Source: Candidatus Bathyarchaeia archaeon (GTDB taxonomy: Archaea; Thermoproteota; Bathyarchaeia; Bathyarchaeales; Bathycorpusculaceae). From it: 64,000 nt of DNA. Each line of letters starts with the position of its first letter. Positions within the stretch are counted from its first letter, which is position 1. Position numbers and translations under genes: made by a program. A model generated the notes under the pieces. That model ran no database searches. It saw nothing but the letters and a program-made list of their open reading frames with translations, and was not told the DNA's origin. Positions 37,199 through 47,741 of this stretch are shown here, piece after piece. The DNA lies in assembly GCA_038882955.1 (NCBI GenBank), contig JAVZNC010000002.1:203691-267690 (forward strand), in the 5' to 3' direction.

Positions 37199-38164
37199 CT
37201 AGAATTCTCCTTTTAAATTTATCACTTTGCCTTTAGCTGAAGATCTTAATGCAGCTTCAGCTACTTCTAGGGCTTTTAAGCCGTCAACTCCAGTTATAAG
37301 TGGTTTCTCTTCACCTAAAATACACCTTGCAAAGTGTTGCAGTTCAAGTTTTAGCGGCTCTTGCCATGCAAGCCGTGGCTGCACCGTTTCCTTTGCGCTT
37401 TCCACAGTTAATTCCTGCGTTATATAATCAAGTTTTATTATGGCTGCACTTCCAGTAACCGTCAATATTCGCGTTTTATAAGGTGTAAGCCAATTTGACT
37501 CTATAAAGGCGCTTCTTCCCCCCTCAAAAGTCAACATTATCTGCGCGTAATCCTCAAACTGTCTATGCTTCATGCTTCCAGTTTTTGCAAAAACGGCTAC
37601 TGGATTATCTCCAAAAAGATACCGCATTATGTCTATGTCATGAATTGCCGTGTCTTTAACAACACCAACATCTCCGATTCTTTCTGGCCACTCGGAAACT
37701 CTCTTTGCCGTGGCGCACACAAGCTGTCCGATCGTTTTGTTTTCTATGGCTTTTTTGATGTGCTGGATTCCAGGTATAAAGCGCATCAGAAAACCAACAG
37801 TGATGTGCACTTTTTCTTTTTCTGCAGTTTCCAGCAACTGTTTTGCTTGTTTGATGTTTGTTGCCATGGGCTTTTCGATTAGGACGTGTTTTCCAGCTTT
37901 TATGGCTTTCATTGCCTCTTTCGCAAGGCTGGTTGACCACGTGCATATACTGACGGCTTCTATTTCCTCCATTTTCAGCATTCTTTCAGTTTTAGCGTAT
38001 GGCTTTACTCCAAACTGCTTTGCTACGGCTTTCGCCCTTTCAGAGTCAATGTCGCAAACCGCCAACAGCTCTGTTTCAGCCAGTTCCTTGTAAACTCTAG
38101 CGTGGTTTCTGCCCCAAAAACCAGTTCCTATAACTGCCACTCCAACTTTTTTCATTTTGTCCAC
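37199..38164 (-). CDS. Gfo/Idh/MocA-family NAD(P)-dependent oxidoreductase (nucleotide-sugar pathway).
   Basis: VGVAVIGTGFWGRNHARVY, and an EKP motif (LIEKPMA). Confidence 0.8.
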   Translation of the reverse strand: MDKMKKVGVAVIGTGFWGRNHARVYKELAETELLAVCDIDSERAKAVAKQFGVKPYAKTERMLKMEEIEAVSICTWSTSLAKEAMKAIKAGKHVLIEKPMATNIKQAKQLLETAEKEKVHITVGFLMRFIPGIQHIKKAIENKTIGQLVCATAKRVSEWPERIGDVGVVKDTAIHDIDIMRYLFGDNPVAVFAKTGSMKHRQFEDYAQIMLTFEGGRSAFIESNWLTPYKTRILTVTGSAAIIKLDYITQELTVESAKETVQPRLAWQEPLKLELQHFARCILGEEKPLITGVDGLKALEVAEAALRSSAKGKVINLKGEF

Positions 38165-39543
38165 ACACCCCTTCCCAAACCACGGTATATGAACCCTTCC
38201 TTTTCAACTGCAGATGGCTCCACTATTCCCTCCAAATCCACAATGGCGGCTGGCATTTTCATTACAACTTTCAATTCTTTAAGGTTTAAGCGCCTAAACA
38301 CGTCGTGACTCGTCAGTATCACAGCGCAGTCTGCTCCTTCCAAGGCATCAACTAAACTTTTCCTTAAATTTGAAATTTCACTTGCCTCCTCCACTGTGAC
38401 ATATGGGTCGTAAACGCTGAGCCTCGCGCCAGCCGCATCCAACATCCTAATTAATTCTACTGCCACACTTTTAAGAGGCGCCTTTGAATCTCTTGAACGT
38501 GTAACCCCTAAAACGGCGATTCTTGCCCTTCGTAAGGTTTTTGAACAGCCCTTTAAGGCATCCCTAACCAAGTTTGCCGCATGCTTGACTATTACCGTGT
38601 TCACATCATTGGCAGCTTTTAGAACACGCGCTTTTATGTTAAGGTTTTCAGCGTCCTCTAAAAAGAAGTATGGTTCAATGCTGTGGGTATCATCAAAATG
38701 CAGCGCAGAAAACAAGGCGCTCAGATCTTTCTTTGAAAGTTTAGCTACTTCCACATGATCTATTCCCGCTTTTTCACAGAAGACTGCAAACTCTCTGGCT
38801 AAGGCAGCATTTGCACTGCTTTGTATCGCTTCAAAAATTGCTGCGGCTTCAGCAGCCTTCACGTTCAGCGTCTTTTTCAAGGAGCATCTGGTAATAACCT
38901 TTAAGAATATTGATGCAGCGTTTAAGCTATTCTTGTCGAATGCCGCGACAATTCTTTCGCCTTTCCCCATTGTCTCCAACGTTTGTCCATCCAAAGATTT
39001 AACTGGGCTGTAGGCTAATCCAAAATCAACTCCGCATTTAAGTCCAGAAGCGTTTTCCAAGCTTTCCCTTATCAAAGATTGTGTTGTGCCTACACCTACC
39101 GTGCTTGCGAAAACTACCAAAGAGCCGCGGTGAAGACCTAAACCCACTTGTTTGCATGCGTTTACAATTTTTGAATAATCAGCTTTTCCCTTTTTGTCCA
39201 CTTCTGCATGAACCGTTATTATGATTATGTTACTTTGCGCTGCAGCCGTTTTGGCGTCTGTTGTTAAGTTTAATGCCTCGCTCTTTGCGCAGTTTTTCAT
39301 TTTTAATGCTATTTCGTTTTGTATGAAGGGGATCCTTCCCTTTGCAATATCGTTTAGAATAGTTCTATTTGCATCTGCGCAGTAGACTTTGAACCCCTTT
39401 TCAATTGATAGCCACGCGTGAAAAATGCCTATGTGTTTGCAACCAATCACGCCGACGGTGTAGTTTGTACGTTTTTCCGTTGCATCCAAGTCTTCTGGTC
39501 TTATATTCAAAAAGTTTAGGGACATTTTGTTTTCTCCACGCAA
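38152..39543 (-). CDS. UDP-glucose/GDP-mannose dehydrogenase-family nucleotide-sugar dehydrogenase (WecC-like).
   Basis: N-terminal Rossmann VGVIGCKHIG, a central helical dimerisation region, and a C-terminal UDP-binding domain (IAVLGVT.R). It overlaps the downstream gene by 13 nt. Confidence 0.7.
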   Translation of the reverse strand: MRGENKMSLNFLNIRPEDLDATEKRTNYTVGVIGCKHIGIFHAWLSIEKGFKVYCADANRTILNDIAKGRIPFIQNEIALKMKNCAKSEALNLTTDAKTAAAQSNIIIITVHAEVDKKGKADYSKIVNACKQVGLGLHRGSLVVFASTVGVGTTQSLIRESLENASGLKCGVDFGLAYSPVKSLDGQTLETMGKGERIVAAFDKNSLNAASIFLKVITRCSLKKTLNVKAAEAAAIFEAIQSSANAALAREFAVFCEKAGIDHVEVAKLSKKDLSALFSALHFDDTHSIEPYFFLEDAENLNIKARVLKAANDVNTVIVKHAANLVRDALKGCSKTLRRARIAVLGVTRSRDSKAPLKSVAVELIRMLDAAGARLSVYDPYVTVEEASEISNLRKSLVDALEGADCAVILTSHDVFRRLNLKELKVVMKMPAAIVDLEGIVEPSAVEKEGFIYRGLGRGVWTK

Positions 39544-39554
39544 GACTCCTTGTA

Positions 39555-40937
39555 TCAGCCCTTTAGGCTTTTTATCATCTTTTTAAGCTTTAACGCGTAT
39601 TCTTCGACAAGCTGTTTTGCCCTTTTCTTGTTTTTAGCTTCAGCGTACAATCTGTAGATGGGTTCTGTGCCGCTTGGTCTTACAAGAATGGCGCTTTTAT
39701 CTTCAAACCACACTTTTACCCCGTCTATGGTGTTCATGTTTTGCCCTTTAACTTGTTCTATGAGCTTCTCAAGTGTTTTCTGCTTTAGACTTTCTGGGCA
39801 TTCAACTTTCCCTTTCTCAATAAAGTACTTTGGCAGCTCTTCCAATAAACTTGAAAGTTTTTTTCCAGTTTCCGCCATAATGTTCAGAGTTAAGGCTGTT
39901 GCCATCGCACCGTCCCTAACTGGCTGGTGCGGTCCATAGAATATTCCGCCATTTTCCTCTCCCCCAAGCTTCGCTTTTAGTTTCTTCATTGTTTGGGAGA
40001 CGGTTACGCTGCCAACTTTTGTTAGGACAAGTTTTCCACCGTAAGCGTCAGCGATGTCGCTAATTAAAGTTGAGGAACTCACTGGCGTAACAACTTTTTC
40101 GCCTGGATTTCGTTCCAAAAAATGTTTTTCAACAAGAGCAAATGTTTTGTCCCCCCAGTGAATTTCGCCTCGCTCATCAACAAATATCGCGCGGTCAGCA
40201 TCTCCATCAAAGGCAACGCCCAAATCCGCTTCAACAGCCTTTACAGCCGAGGCTAACTCGCCCAAATTTTCTGGTCGCGGTTCAGGTAGTCTTCCAGGAA
40301 ATGTTCCGTCGATGTCTCCGTTTATCGTTGTGACTTTGCATCCTAATTCGCGGATTAAACGCGGTATTGCTAGGTTGCCAACACTGTTGGCAGCATCAAT
40401 AACAACATGATAATGTCTCCTTGCTATTTTGTCCACATTCACATGCCCTTTCACGGCTTCCACATATTCGTCGATTATGCCGTTGACTGTGCTCACTCTT
40501 CCAATTTTTATCCATTCAGCATAACGTGTCTTTTCATCAAAAAAAATGTCTTCAATTTCAATTTCTTGTTCACGTGAAAGCTCTATTCCATCATTCCACA
40601 CGACTTTTATTCCGTTATATTCCGGCGGGTTATGCGAAGCAGTTACTATCACGCCGCCATCCATTCTGCAGCCTTTAGTTGTATACTGCAATGCTGGGGT
40701 CGGCGCCATCCCCCCAAAAATCACATCGCATCCAGTTGCGTTTAAACCAGCAATAACAGCGCTTGTAAGCATGGGACCGCTTGTTCTAGCGTCGTGCCCC
40801 ACAATCAGTTTTCCTTGTTTGAAAAATGTGCCTATTGCCCCTCCGATTTTTGCTGCTATTTCGGGAGTCAACTCTTTGTTGGCTATTCCACGGATTCCAT
40901 TTGTCCCAAAAAGTCTTCTCGCACTCAACATTCGCAT
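39555..40937 (-). CDS. glmM: Phosphoglucosamine mutase or phosphomannomutase.
   Basis: GIRG.., active-site TASHNPPEYNG, Mg loop FDGDADR, and RPSGTEP. Confidence 0.85.
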   Translation of the reverse strand: MRMLSARRLFGTNGIRGIANKELTPEIAAKIGGAIGTFFKQGKLIVGHDARTSGPMLTSAVIAGLNATGCDVIFGGMAPTPALQYTTKGCRMDGGVIVTASHNPPEYNGIKVVWNDGIELSREQEIEIEDIFFDEKTRYAEWIKIGRVSTVNGIIDEYVEAVKGHVNVDKIARRHYHVVIDAANSVGNLAIPRLIRELGCKVTTINGDIDGTFPGRLPEPRPENLGELASAVKAVEADLGVAFDGDADRAIFVDERGEIHWGDKTFALVEKHFLERNPGEKVVTPVSSSTLISDIADAYGGKLVLTKVGSVTVSQTMKKLKAKLGGEENGGIFYGPHQPVRDGAMATALTLNIMAETGKKLSSLLEELPKYFIEKGKVECPESLKQKTLEKLIEQVKGQNMNTIDGVKVWFEDKSAILVRPSGTEPIYRLYAEAKNKKRAKQLVEEYALKLKKMIKSLKG

Positions 40938-40944
40938 CTTCTCC

Positions 40945-42042
40945 TTAAGCTATAAATCCGCATGTTATAGTGTTGTCGGCAACCTCCTTTGCTGGACAAA
41001 CTGAAACCCTTTTTACAAGGGAAACGCCATCCTTAACTTTAACACCGTCAGCGAGAATGCACCCCCCTCCGATTTTTGCTTTCACACCAATTACCACGCG
41101 TTCACCAATTATCGCATTATCAATTGACGCATAATCTGACACTGTGGTTTCTGGAAAAATTATGGCGTTCTGTATGCGCGCTTCTCGTCCAACCCTAACG
41201 TTTCTACCCAGAACAGCATATGGACCCACAATTGATTTTTCGCCAATTGAAACTCCCTTATCAAGCGCCACGGGTTCCACAAGTTCTCCCTTACACACAA
41301 TTTTATGCTCACATTTGTCTGCATGTAAGTTTAGTAAAAACTTGTTTATTTCCATATAATCTTCAGGTTTGCCAACGTCGGACCACAAACCGTTGAAAAC
41401 GTACCCGCAAAGTTTTCCTTCCTCTGCAAGTTTTGGAAATATTTCCCGTTCAAGAGAAACCATGCGTCCGCTTGGTATGTAGCCAAATATTTCTGGGCTT
41501 AAAGCGTAGACCCCGGCATTTATCAGATTGGTTGGGGCTTCCTCCCTTCGCGGCTTTTCAATAAACTTTTTAATGCGCTTTCCATCTGCTAGCTCGGCGA
41601 CGCCAAATCTGCTAGGATCTTCGACCTCGTGAAGGGCTATCGTTGCAACAGCCTTGTTCTCCCTATGTTCCTTCAAAATTTCTGTGTAGTTTACATCTGC
41701 GAATATGTCTCCATTTAACACTAGAAATGGCGAACCATGTCCAATGAGTTTTTCAGCCTTCTTTATTGGTCCACCCGTTCCAAGCGGCATTTTGGGCGGA
41801 TCAAGCGAGTAAATTACGTGTAATCCACACTTTCGGATTCTATGCTGTTTTATTAGGACTTCAGTTTGTTTATTAACCGCAAGTATCGCTTCTTTTATGC
41901 CGTTCCGCGCTATCCTTTCAAAAGTCCATTGCAGTAGTGGCTTGTTTATTATTGGGAAAAGACTTTTTGGTCTTGTGCAACTTAGTGGTCTAAGCCTTGT
42001 GCCGAAGCCTCCGGCAAGAATCAGCGCCTTCAATGTTTTCAC
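40945..42042 (-). CDS. Sugar-1-phosphate nucleotidyltransferase with a C-terminal left-handed beta-helix (GlmU-like, bifunctional type).
   Basis: KALILAGGFGTRLRPL signature and C-terminal hexapeptide repeats. The GTG at 42042 is preferred. The ATG at 42111 would overlap the divergent gene. Confidence 0.8.
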   Translation of the reverse strand: MKTLKALILAGGFGTRLRPLSCTRPKSLFPIINKPLLQWTFERIARNGIKEAILAVNKQTEVLIKQHRIRKCGLHVIYSLDPPKMPLGTGGPIKKAEKLIGHGSPFLVLNGDIFADVNYTEILKEHRENKAVATIALHEVEDPSRFGVAELADGKRIKKFIEKPRREEAPTNLINAGVYALSPEIFGYIPSGRMVSLEREIFPKLAEEGKLCGYVFNGLWSDVGKPEDYMEINKFLLNLHADKCEHKIVCKGELVEPVALDKGVSIGEKSIVGPYAVLGRNVRVGREARIQNAIIFPETTVSDYASIDNAIIGERVVIGVKAKIGGGCILADGVKVKDGVSLVKRVSVCPAKEVADNTITCGFIA

Positions 42043-42097
42043 CAATTTTGGAACTGCAGACTTATATTCGCGTGTATTGTAATATAAGAATTCCCAA

Positions 42098-42871
42098 ATG
42101 GAGGCTTGCACCGTGAAAGTCCTGCTTCACGAGATGAGTTGGACTGAAGCTAAAGAATACTTTGGAAAAAGCGACATCGCCATCATCCCGGTTGGGTCAA
42201 ATGAGCAGCATGGACCGCATAACCCTTTAGGAACAGACCATCTTATAGCAAAAGCGTTAGCAGAAGAGGTTGCCAAGCGCACTGGTGTCCTCTGCGTTCA
42301 AGTTGTTCCTTTCGGCGTTAGCTCACATCATAAACAGTTTTGGGGAACAATCTCCATAAGACCTGAAACGCTTCAAGAGTATGTTAAAGACATTTGCCTA
42401 TCGCTCAACTATTATGGCATAAAGAAGATAGTCATTGTTAATGGGCATGGCGGCAACTTTAACGCCCTCACAGACCTAGCCAGAAAATTGAGGGAAAACG
42501 GAATATTCATATCAGTCTTCCAGTGGTGGCCAGCAGCAAGTAAACTCCTACCAGAACTGTTCAAGCCAGAAGAAAGGCGGCATGCCTGCGCCGAGGAAAC
42601 ATCAATGAATTTGCTGTTACATCCAATGCTTGTGGATGTGAGTAAGGCTGTGGATGATGTGCCACGTGAAAGCGCATTGCAAGCAGAGGGTGTGGCGCTT
42701 CCATTTGATACTGTAGATTATACTTCATGGGGCGTTTTTGGCAAGTCCACAACTGCGTCAGCCGAAAAAGGAAAGCGTGTTTTTGAAGCTGTTGTCGAGG
42801 AACTGTCAAGGCATGTTAATGCCCTTAAAAAGGCTAAAATTGAAGAGTTGATGCAAAAGTCAAAGGTTTAA
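42098..42871 (+). CDS. Creatininase-family amidohydrolase (ArfB-like).
   Basis: IIPVGSNEQHGPHNPLGTDH and VNGHGGN metal-binding motifs. Confidence 0.7.
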   Translation: MEACTVKVLLHEMSWTEAKEYFGKSDIAIIPVGSNEQHGPHNPLGTDHLIAKALAEEVAKRTGVLCVQVVPFGVSSHHKQFWGTISIRPETLQEYVKDICLSLNYYGIKKIVIVNGHGGNFNALTDLARKLRENGIFISVFQWWPAASKLLPELFKPEERRHACAEETSMNLLLHPMLVDVSKAVDDVPRESALQAEGVALPFDTVDYTSWGVFGKSTTASAEKGKRVFEAVVEELSRHVNALKKAKIEELMQKSKV

Positions 42872-43010
42872 GTGGCAAATTAGGCTGCGAAAAACTTATT
42901 TTTATCCCTTTCAAGTTTGATTTTTGCTCTGCGGAGGCAAGCCGACCAAATAATGTTTGGCGTTCAAACATGCAATGCGTGCATTCCATCCTTCATGGGA
43001 GGGAGTGCAT

Positions 43011-43574
43011 ATGCGGAAATCGTCAATACTGTTCGTCACTACGTTAAGTACTTTAAGCACTTTGGGAGTCGGCTTGCTAGGTCCCGTATATCCCATATTC
43101 ATAATAAACCGCTTTTCAGCTTCTGCTGTTGATTTAGGCGTGCTTTATGCGATTTTTTGCTTTACAACCGCAATTTTCAAAGTACTTTCTGGAAAACTTG
43201 TTGACAGCCTTGGCAAAAGCCAAGTTTTCTTTGTCGGAGTCGCTATTGGCGCCGTATGTTCACTTTCTTACATTTTCGCCGTGGACATCATTCAGCTCTA
43301 CTTAATCGAATTTTTCTATGGACTTTCGTATGCTTTGCAGCGTCCAGCGTTGTTGACCTTAATGTTTGACGCAAGTAACACTTGTAACAGAGGATTCTTT
43401 TTGGGGATGTTTGAGTCGATTTACGATCTTACAGAAGCGTTTGCTGCTGTATTCTCCGTAATCATAGTTAGCAAGTTTGGCTTTGAACCGCTCTTTTTGA
43501 TGTGTTCCGGCTGCCAAGCAACAACAGGCATTTTAATTTTAAAAGCTGAAAACAAGTTTTTCCTTAAGCGTTAA
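43011..43574 (+). CDS. MFS transporter N-terminal half (about 6 TM only), possibly truncated.
   Basis: 187 aa with about 6 helices and an MFS loop 2-3-like motif (GKLVDSLGK). The ORF ends 11 nt from the convergent guaA stop, and no second 6-TM half follows. Confidence 0.45.
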   Translation: MRKSSILFVTTLSTLSTLGVGLLGPVYPIFIINRFSASAVDLGVLYAIFCFTTAIFKVLSGKLVDSLGKSQVFFVGVAIGAVCSLSYIFAVDIIQLYLIEFFYGLSYALQRPALLTLMFDASNTCNRGFFLGMFESIYDLTEAFAAVFSVIIVSKFGFEPLFLMCSGCQATTGILILKAENKFFLKR

Positions 43575-43585
43575 GGCAAAAAGCG

Positions 43586-45130
43586 TTATTCCCATTCAAT
43601 TGTTGCTGGCGGCTTATGCGTTATATCATAAACAACGCGCGTAACTTCTGGAATTTCGTTGGTTATCCTTGTTGAAATTCTCTCCAAAACCTCGTAAGGA
43701 ATCTTCGCGAAGCTTGCGGTCATTGCCTCGCGGCTTTCTACTATCCTAACAGCTACAACATGACCGTACGCTCTTGCATCTCCCTTAACACCAGTAGCCT
43801 TTGTGTTTGTTAAAACGGCAAAGTATTGCCACAAGTTTTCCGCTAAACCGCCCTTCTCGATTTCCTCGACAATAATCTTATCTGCCTTCTTCGCAATTCT
43901 AACTTTCTCCTTCGTTAACTCACCAATCACCCTAACCGCCAAGCCTGGACCTGGAAAAGGTTGTCTAAAAACGATTTCTTTCGGCAGTTCAAGTATTTTG
44001 GCAACCTTTCTAACTTCATCCTTATACAAGTCGCGCAGTGGCTCCACAATCTTTTTGAATTTCATTTTTATGGGCAAACCAGCAACATTATGATGCGTTT
44101 TTATCTTGTCAGAGAACTTCCTAAACCCAGACTCAATCCTATCCGGATAAATCGTCCCCTGAACAAGATAATCAGCACCAGTTTTTTCAGCTATCTCCTC
44201 AAAAACTCTTATGAATTCTTCGCCTATAATTTTCCTCTTCTTTTCGGGGTCTGTAACGCCCTTAAGTCTTGCCAAAAATCTTTCTTGTGCATTTACAATG
44301 AGCAAGTTTATTTTAAATTTTCCAAAACTCTCTTTGACGAATTCTGGTTCACCTTCGCGCATGAAGCCATGGTCAACAAAAACCGCTGTAAGTCTATCTC
44401 CAATCGCATTTGCTGCAAGTACTGTTGCCACGCTTGAGTCTATACCGCCGCTTAAGGCGATTATTGCCTTTCCCTCACCAACTTCCGCCTTTATCTCGTC
44501 AACCATTTTTCCAATCTGGTCTTCCATTTTCCAATTTGCTTCACACTTGCAAACTTCAAATATGAAGTTTTTAAGCATCTGCATGCCTTTTTCAGTGTGG
44601 ACAACTTCTGGATGCCACTGTAAACCATAAATCGGCTTTTCCTTGTGCCTAAAAGCCGCAACTGGACAATTTTCCGTATGCGCTAAAACCTCAAATTCCA
44701 TTGGCAAGGCAAAAACCGTGTCACCGTGACTCATCCAAACCTTTTCTCTTCTCTCCAATCCTTTTAAAACGCCAACTGGCTTGTCAACACTCACATAGGA
44801 TACTCCGTACTCCCTATTTTCTGCCTTTTCAACTTTTCCGCCCACCATTTGGGCGATTAGCTGATGTCCATAACATAAACCTAAAATTGGCAATTCTAAA
44901 TCTAAAATTCCTCTTTCTATTTTTGGTGCATGCTCCTCGTAAACGCTTGCTGGACCACCTGATAGGATTAATCCTTTTATGTTGAACTTTTCTTTTAACA
45001 GTTCAATTTCCTTTGGTTTTATGTCGTGTGCAACAATTTCCGAGTAGACCCCATTTTCCCTTATTCTTCTCCCTATTAGGTGGCAGTACTGTCCGCCAAA
45101 ATCGAGGACAAGTATCGTGTCATACTTCAT
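43586..45130 (-). CDS. guaA: GMP synthase (glutamine-hydrolysing), fused GATase plus ATP-PPase.
   Basis: GLCYGHQ with the catalytic Cys, SGGIDSS P-loop, and C-terminal ..PPATIEWE. Confidence 0.95.
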   Translation of the reverse strand: MKYDTILVLDFGGQYCHLIGRRIRENGVYSEIVAHDIKPKEIELLKEKFNIKGLILSGGPASVYEEHAPKIERGILDLELPILGLCYGHQLIAQMVGGKVEKAENREYGVSYVSVDKPVGVLKGLERREKVWMSHGDTVFALPMEFEVLAHTENCPVAAFRHKEKPIYGLQWHPEVVHTEKGMQMLKNFIFEVCKCEANWKMEDQIGKMVDEIKAEVGEGKAIIALSGGIDSSVATVLAANAIGDRLTAVFVDHGFMREGEPEFVKESFGKFKINLLIVNAQERFLARLKGVTDPEKKRKIIGEEFIRVFEEIAEKTGADYLVQGTIYPDRIESGFRKFSDKIKTHHNVAGLPIKMKFKKIVEPLRDLYKDEVRKVAKILELPKEIVFRQPFPGPGLAVRVIGELTKEKVRIAKKADKIIVEEIEKGGLAENLWQYFAVLTNTKATGVKGDARAYGHVVAVRIVESREAMTASFAKIPYEVLERISTRITNEIPEVTRVVYDITHKPPATIEWE

Positions 45131-45166
45131 TGCGCATCGCTTTGCATTACAGACGTGCCCTTATAC

Positions 45167-46567
45167 TTAAACGTAAAGATACTTCTGCAACTCCCAAGAC
45201 GTTACATGCTCTTCGATTCCAGAAGCGTGCTTTTCGTATTCCCTCCACTCTTGCATCTTCAGCTCAAAATATTTCTCAGAGTTTTCCCTGCCTAAAGCAC
45301 GTACACAAACTTCGTCGCTTTTCCATTCTTCTAGCGCCTCTTTGAGTGAAGATGGCAAAACCTTTATGCCCAACTCTTTTCGTCGGGACTCGCTTAAACG
45401 GTAGACATTCATTTCAACTGGTTCTCCAGGGTCAATCTTTCTCTTAATTCCATCCATTCCAGCCTCCAAAACCACCGCGTAGGTGAGGTAAGGGTTACAA
45501 AGCGGGTCTGGACATCTGAATTCTATTCTTGCCTCGTTTTCTTTTCCTGGAAAATACTCTGGCACTCTTATCAGTGACGAGCGGTTTCTTTTGCTCCATG
45601 TGACATAAACTGGGGCTTCATAGCCTGGCACAAGCCTCTTGTAACTGTTTACGGTTGGGGCTACTATTGCGCATAAAGCTCTTGCATGTTCAAGTAAGCC
45701 GCCTATAAAGTATCGGCATTTCTGTGAAATGTTCGCGTAGCCTTTACCATCATAGAAAATGTTTGTTCCATTTTTCGCGTCAAAAATGCCAATGTGAATG
45801 TGCATACCGCTTCCAGGCTTTCCAAACCACGGCTTTGGCATGAACGTCGCAGTCCACCCATATTTCTTTTCAGCCACGGCTTTTGCCGCAAGTTTGTAGC
45901 GCATTATGTTATCAGAAGTTGTCAGCGGGTCTGAATATTTGAATGTAATCTCGTTTTGAGCAGACCCAGCTTCGTGGTGTTGGCGTTCGACGGTTATTCC
46001 CATTATGCTTAGGGTGTTGGATAGTTCCATGCGGTACTGTTCCGTAAAGTCTCTATTTGGGGCTATGTCAAAGTATCTATGTTTATCTATCAAGTTATTT
46101 TCAACAGGGCAAATTTCGTCTTTCTCGTCTTTCTGTACTAGGTAGAACTCTATTTCCGCGGCTGCCGTAGGCTTATAGCCTTCGCTTAAAGCCTTTTCCA
46201 TTGCCTTCTGGCATATGTATCGGGAATCGCCTTCAAAACGTTTGCCATCTGGTCTGTAGATGTCGCATATGAAGATTGCAACGCTTTTTTCGTAAAAGTA
46301 GTATGGACAAACCGTAAATGTTGTTGGGTCGGGCTTCATAATCATGTCGCTTTCTTCTATGCCGACGCCGCCTATTATTGAGGAACCGTCGAAGCCTACT
46401 CCTTCTTTTAGGGCGTTTTCGCCTTCTTCTGCCGGGATTGTTCTGCCCTTAAGATACCCCAAAATATCCGTAAAGTGTAAGAGTACGTAATCAGCGTTCT
46501 TCATAAGCCTAATACATAAATCAAACTTTTTAGCGTGGTTCTCTTCTGCGTATAGCATGGCTTTCAC
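45167..46567 (-). CDS. glnA: Glutamine synthetase type I.
   Basis: FDGSSI, KPWFGKPGSGMHIH, and NRSSLIRVP. Confidence 0.95.
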   Translation of the reverse strand: MKAMLYAEENHAKKFDLCIRLMKNADYVLLHFTDILGYLKGRTIPAEEGENALKEGVGFDGSSIIGGVGIEESDMIMKPDPTTFTVCPYYFYEKSVAIFICDIYRPDGKRFEGDSRYICQKAMEKALSEGYKPTAAAEIEFYLVQKDEKDEICPVENNLIDKHRYFDIAPNRDFTEQYRMELSNTLSIMGITVERQHHEAGSAQNEITFKYSDPLTTSDNIMRYKLAAKAVAEKKYGWTATFMPKPWFGKPGSGMHIHIGIFDAKNGTNIFYDGKGYANISQKCRYFIGGLLEHARALCAIVAPTVNSYKRLVPGYEAPVYVTWSKRNRSSLIRVPEYFPGKENEARIEFRCPDPLCNPYLTYAVVLEAGMDGIKRKIDPGEPVEMNVYRLSESRRKELGIKVLPSSLKEALEEWKSDEVCVRALGRENSEKYFELKMQEWREYEKHASGIEEHVTSWELQKYLYV

Positions 46568-46699
46568 CTGCTTATGAACAAATTTTTAATAAAAGGAATA
46601 CTTTGTATAAGTATAAAAAGTTTCTTTCTAAAATTAAGCGCAAATGTTAAATAATAAACGTTGTAGACTAAATAGATGTGCATTTTGGATGTGGGGGCT

Positions 46700-47143
46700 A
46701 TGGTGCTAGACGAAACGGATATTAAAATACTAAAAGTGTTGACTTCCGATGCTAGGCTTTCGTCGAGGCAAATAGCTGACCAATGCGGAGTTTCCGTTGG
46801 CACGGTTCTGTCGCGCATAAAAAGAATGGAAAACGAGGGAATAGTGCAGGGTTATTCAGCCATTCTCGACCATGAAAAGCTAGGATATGAACTAACTGTT
46901 GTCAGCGAAATAACGGTTTCAAAGGGCAGACTGTTGGAAGTTGAAAATGAGATTGCAAAACTACCAAACGTTTGCTGCGTCTACGACGTGACAGGACTAA
47001 TAGACGCAATAATAATTGCAAAATTCAAAAACCGCCAAGAACTAAGCAAATTCACAAAACGCCTACTCTCGCTGCCATATGTTGAAAGAACAAACACCCA
47101 CGTAGTGCTAACAACAATAAAAGAAGACTTCCGCATAATCTAA
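46700..47143 (+). CDS. lrp: Lrp/AsnC-family transcriptional regulator.
   Basis: LDETDIKILKVL..DARLSSRQIADQCGVSVGTVLSRIKRMENEGI HTH plus a RAM domain. It is divergent from glnA. Confidence 0.85.
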   Translation: MVLDETDIKILKVLTSDARLSSRQIADQCGVSVGTVLSRIKRMENEGIVQGYSAILDHEKLGYELTVVSEITVSKGRLLEVENEIAKLPNVCCVYDVTGLIDAIIIAKFKNRQELSKFTKRLLSLPYVERTNTHVVLTTIKEDFRII

Positions 47144-47223
47144 AAGCCTAAACATGCAATTTCCAGTCAAAGCAACATTTAATTCCAACCAAAAATAGAA
47201 GATAGAAAAGAGTAAATCATCAG

Positions 47224-47308
47224 GCGGGGGTTGCCAAGCCTGGCCAAAGGCGTAGCCCTGAGGCGGCTATCCCATAGGGGTTCGTGGGTTCAAATCCCAC
47301 CCCCCGCA
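47224..47308 (+). tRNA. tRNA-Leu (anticodon GAG), type II with a long variable arm. No encoded CCA.
   Basis: Hand-folded: acceptor GCGGGGG/CCCCCGC, D stem GCC/GGC, anticodon stem TAGCC/GGCTA with loop CTGAGGC, variable arm TCCCATAGGGGTTC, T arm GTGGG-TTCAAAT-CCCAC. Confidence 0.9.
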
Positions 47309-47363
47309 CTTCATCTCGCCTGAGAGTTTAAAACTGTCAGTTCATAACATACAATCCGCCTCT

Positions 47364-47399
47364 GTAATGTGTGTTGGTACCACATTACGAAGATTTTTT
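47364..47399 (+). terminator. Hairpin plus T-tract downstream of tRNA-Leu(GAG).
   Basis: Perfect 8-bp inverted repeat GTAATGTG (47364-47371) / CACATTAC (47381-47388) with a 9-nt loop, followed by TTTTTT at 47394-47399. Confidence 0.35.
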
Positions 47400-47741
47400 A
47401 GACATATCCGTCACATCAAATATTTGACCATAAAAACTCGAAGTTTTAAGTTATTTAGTGCTTTTTCATTTCTATATTACTTTGTGACCAAACCTCTCAA
47501 ATATATAATGCGGCGGTCTTCGTAAGGACATAATATTTGAAGGACACTTTTACTACAGCCATTGTATTTTTTTCTTTTTGCTTCGCGTTTAGCCTCTGCG
47601 ACATTGTCCTCATGGCGTGCGATTGCCTCTTACAGGTATTGTTGGTATCTGGACACAAAACTCGATAAGCGTTTTTAAATTCACATATTGCTGCTCACCA
47701 TGAGTTTTTTCAGCTTTAAATCTTCTTGACATAGGTATTCC

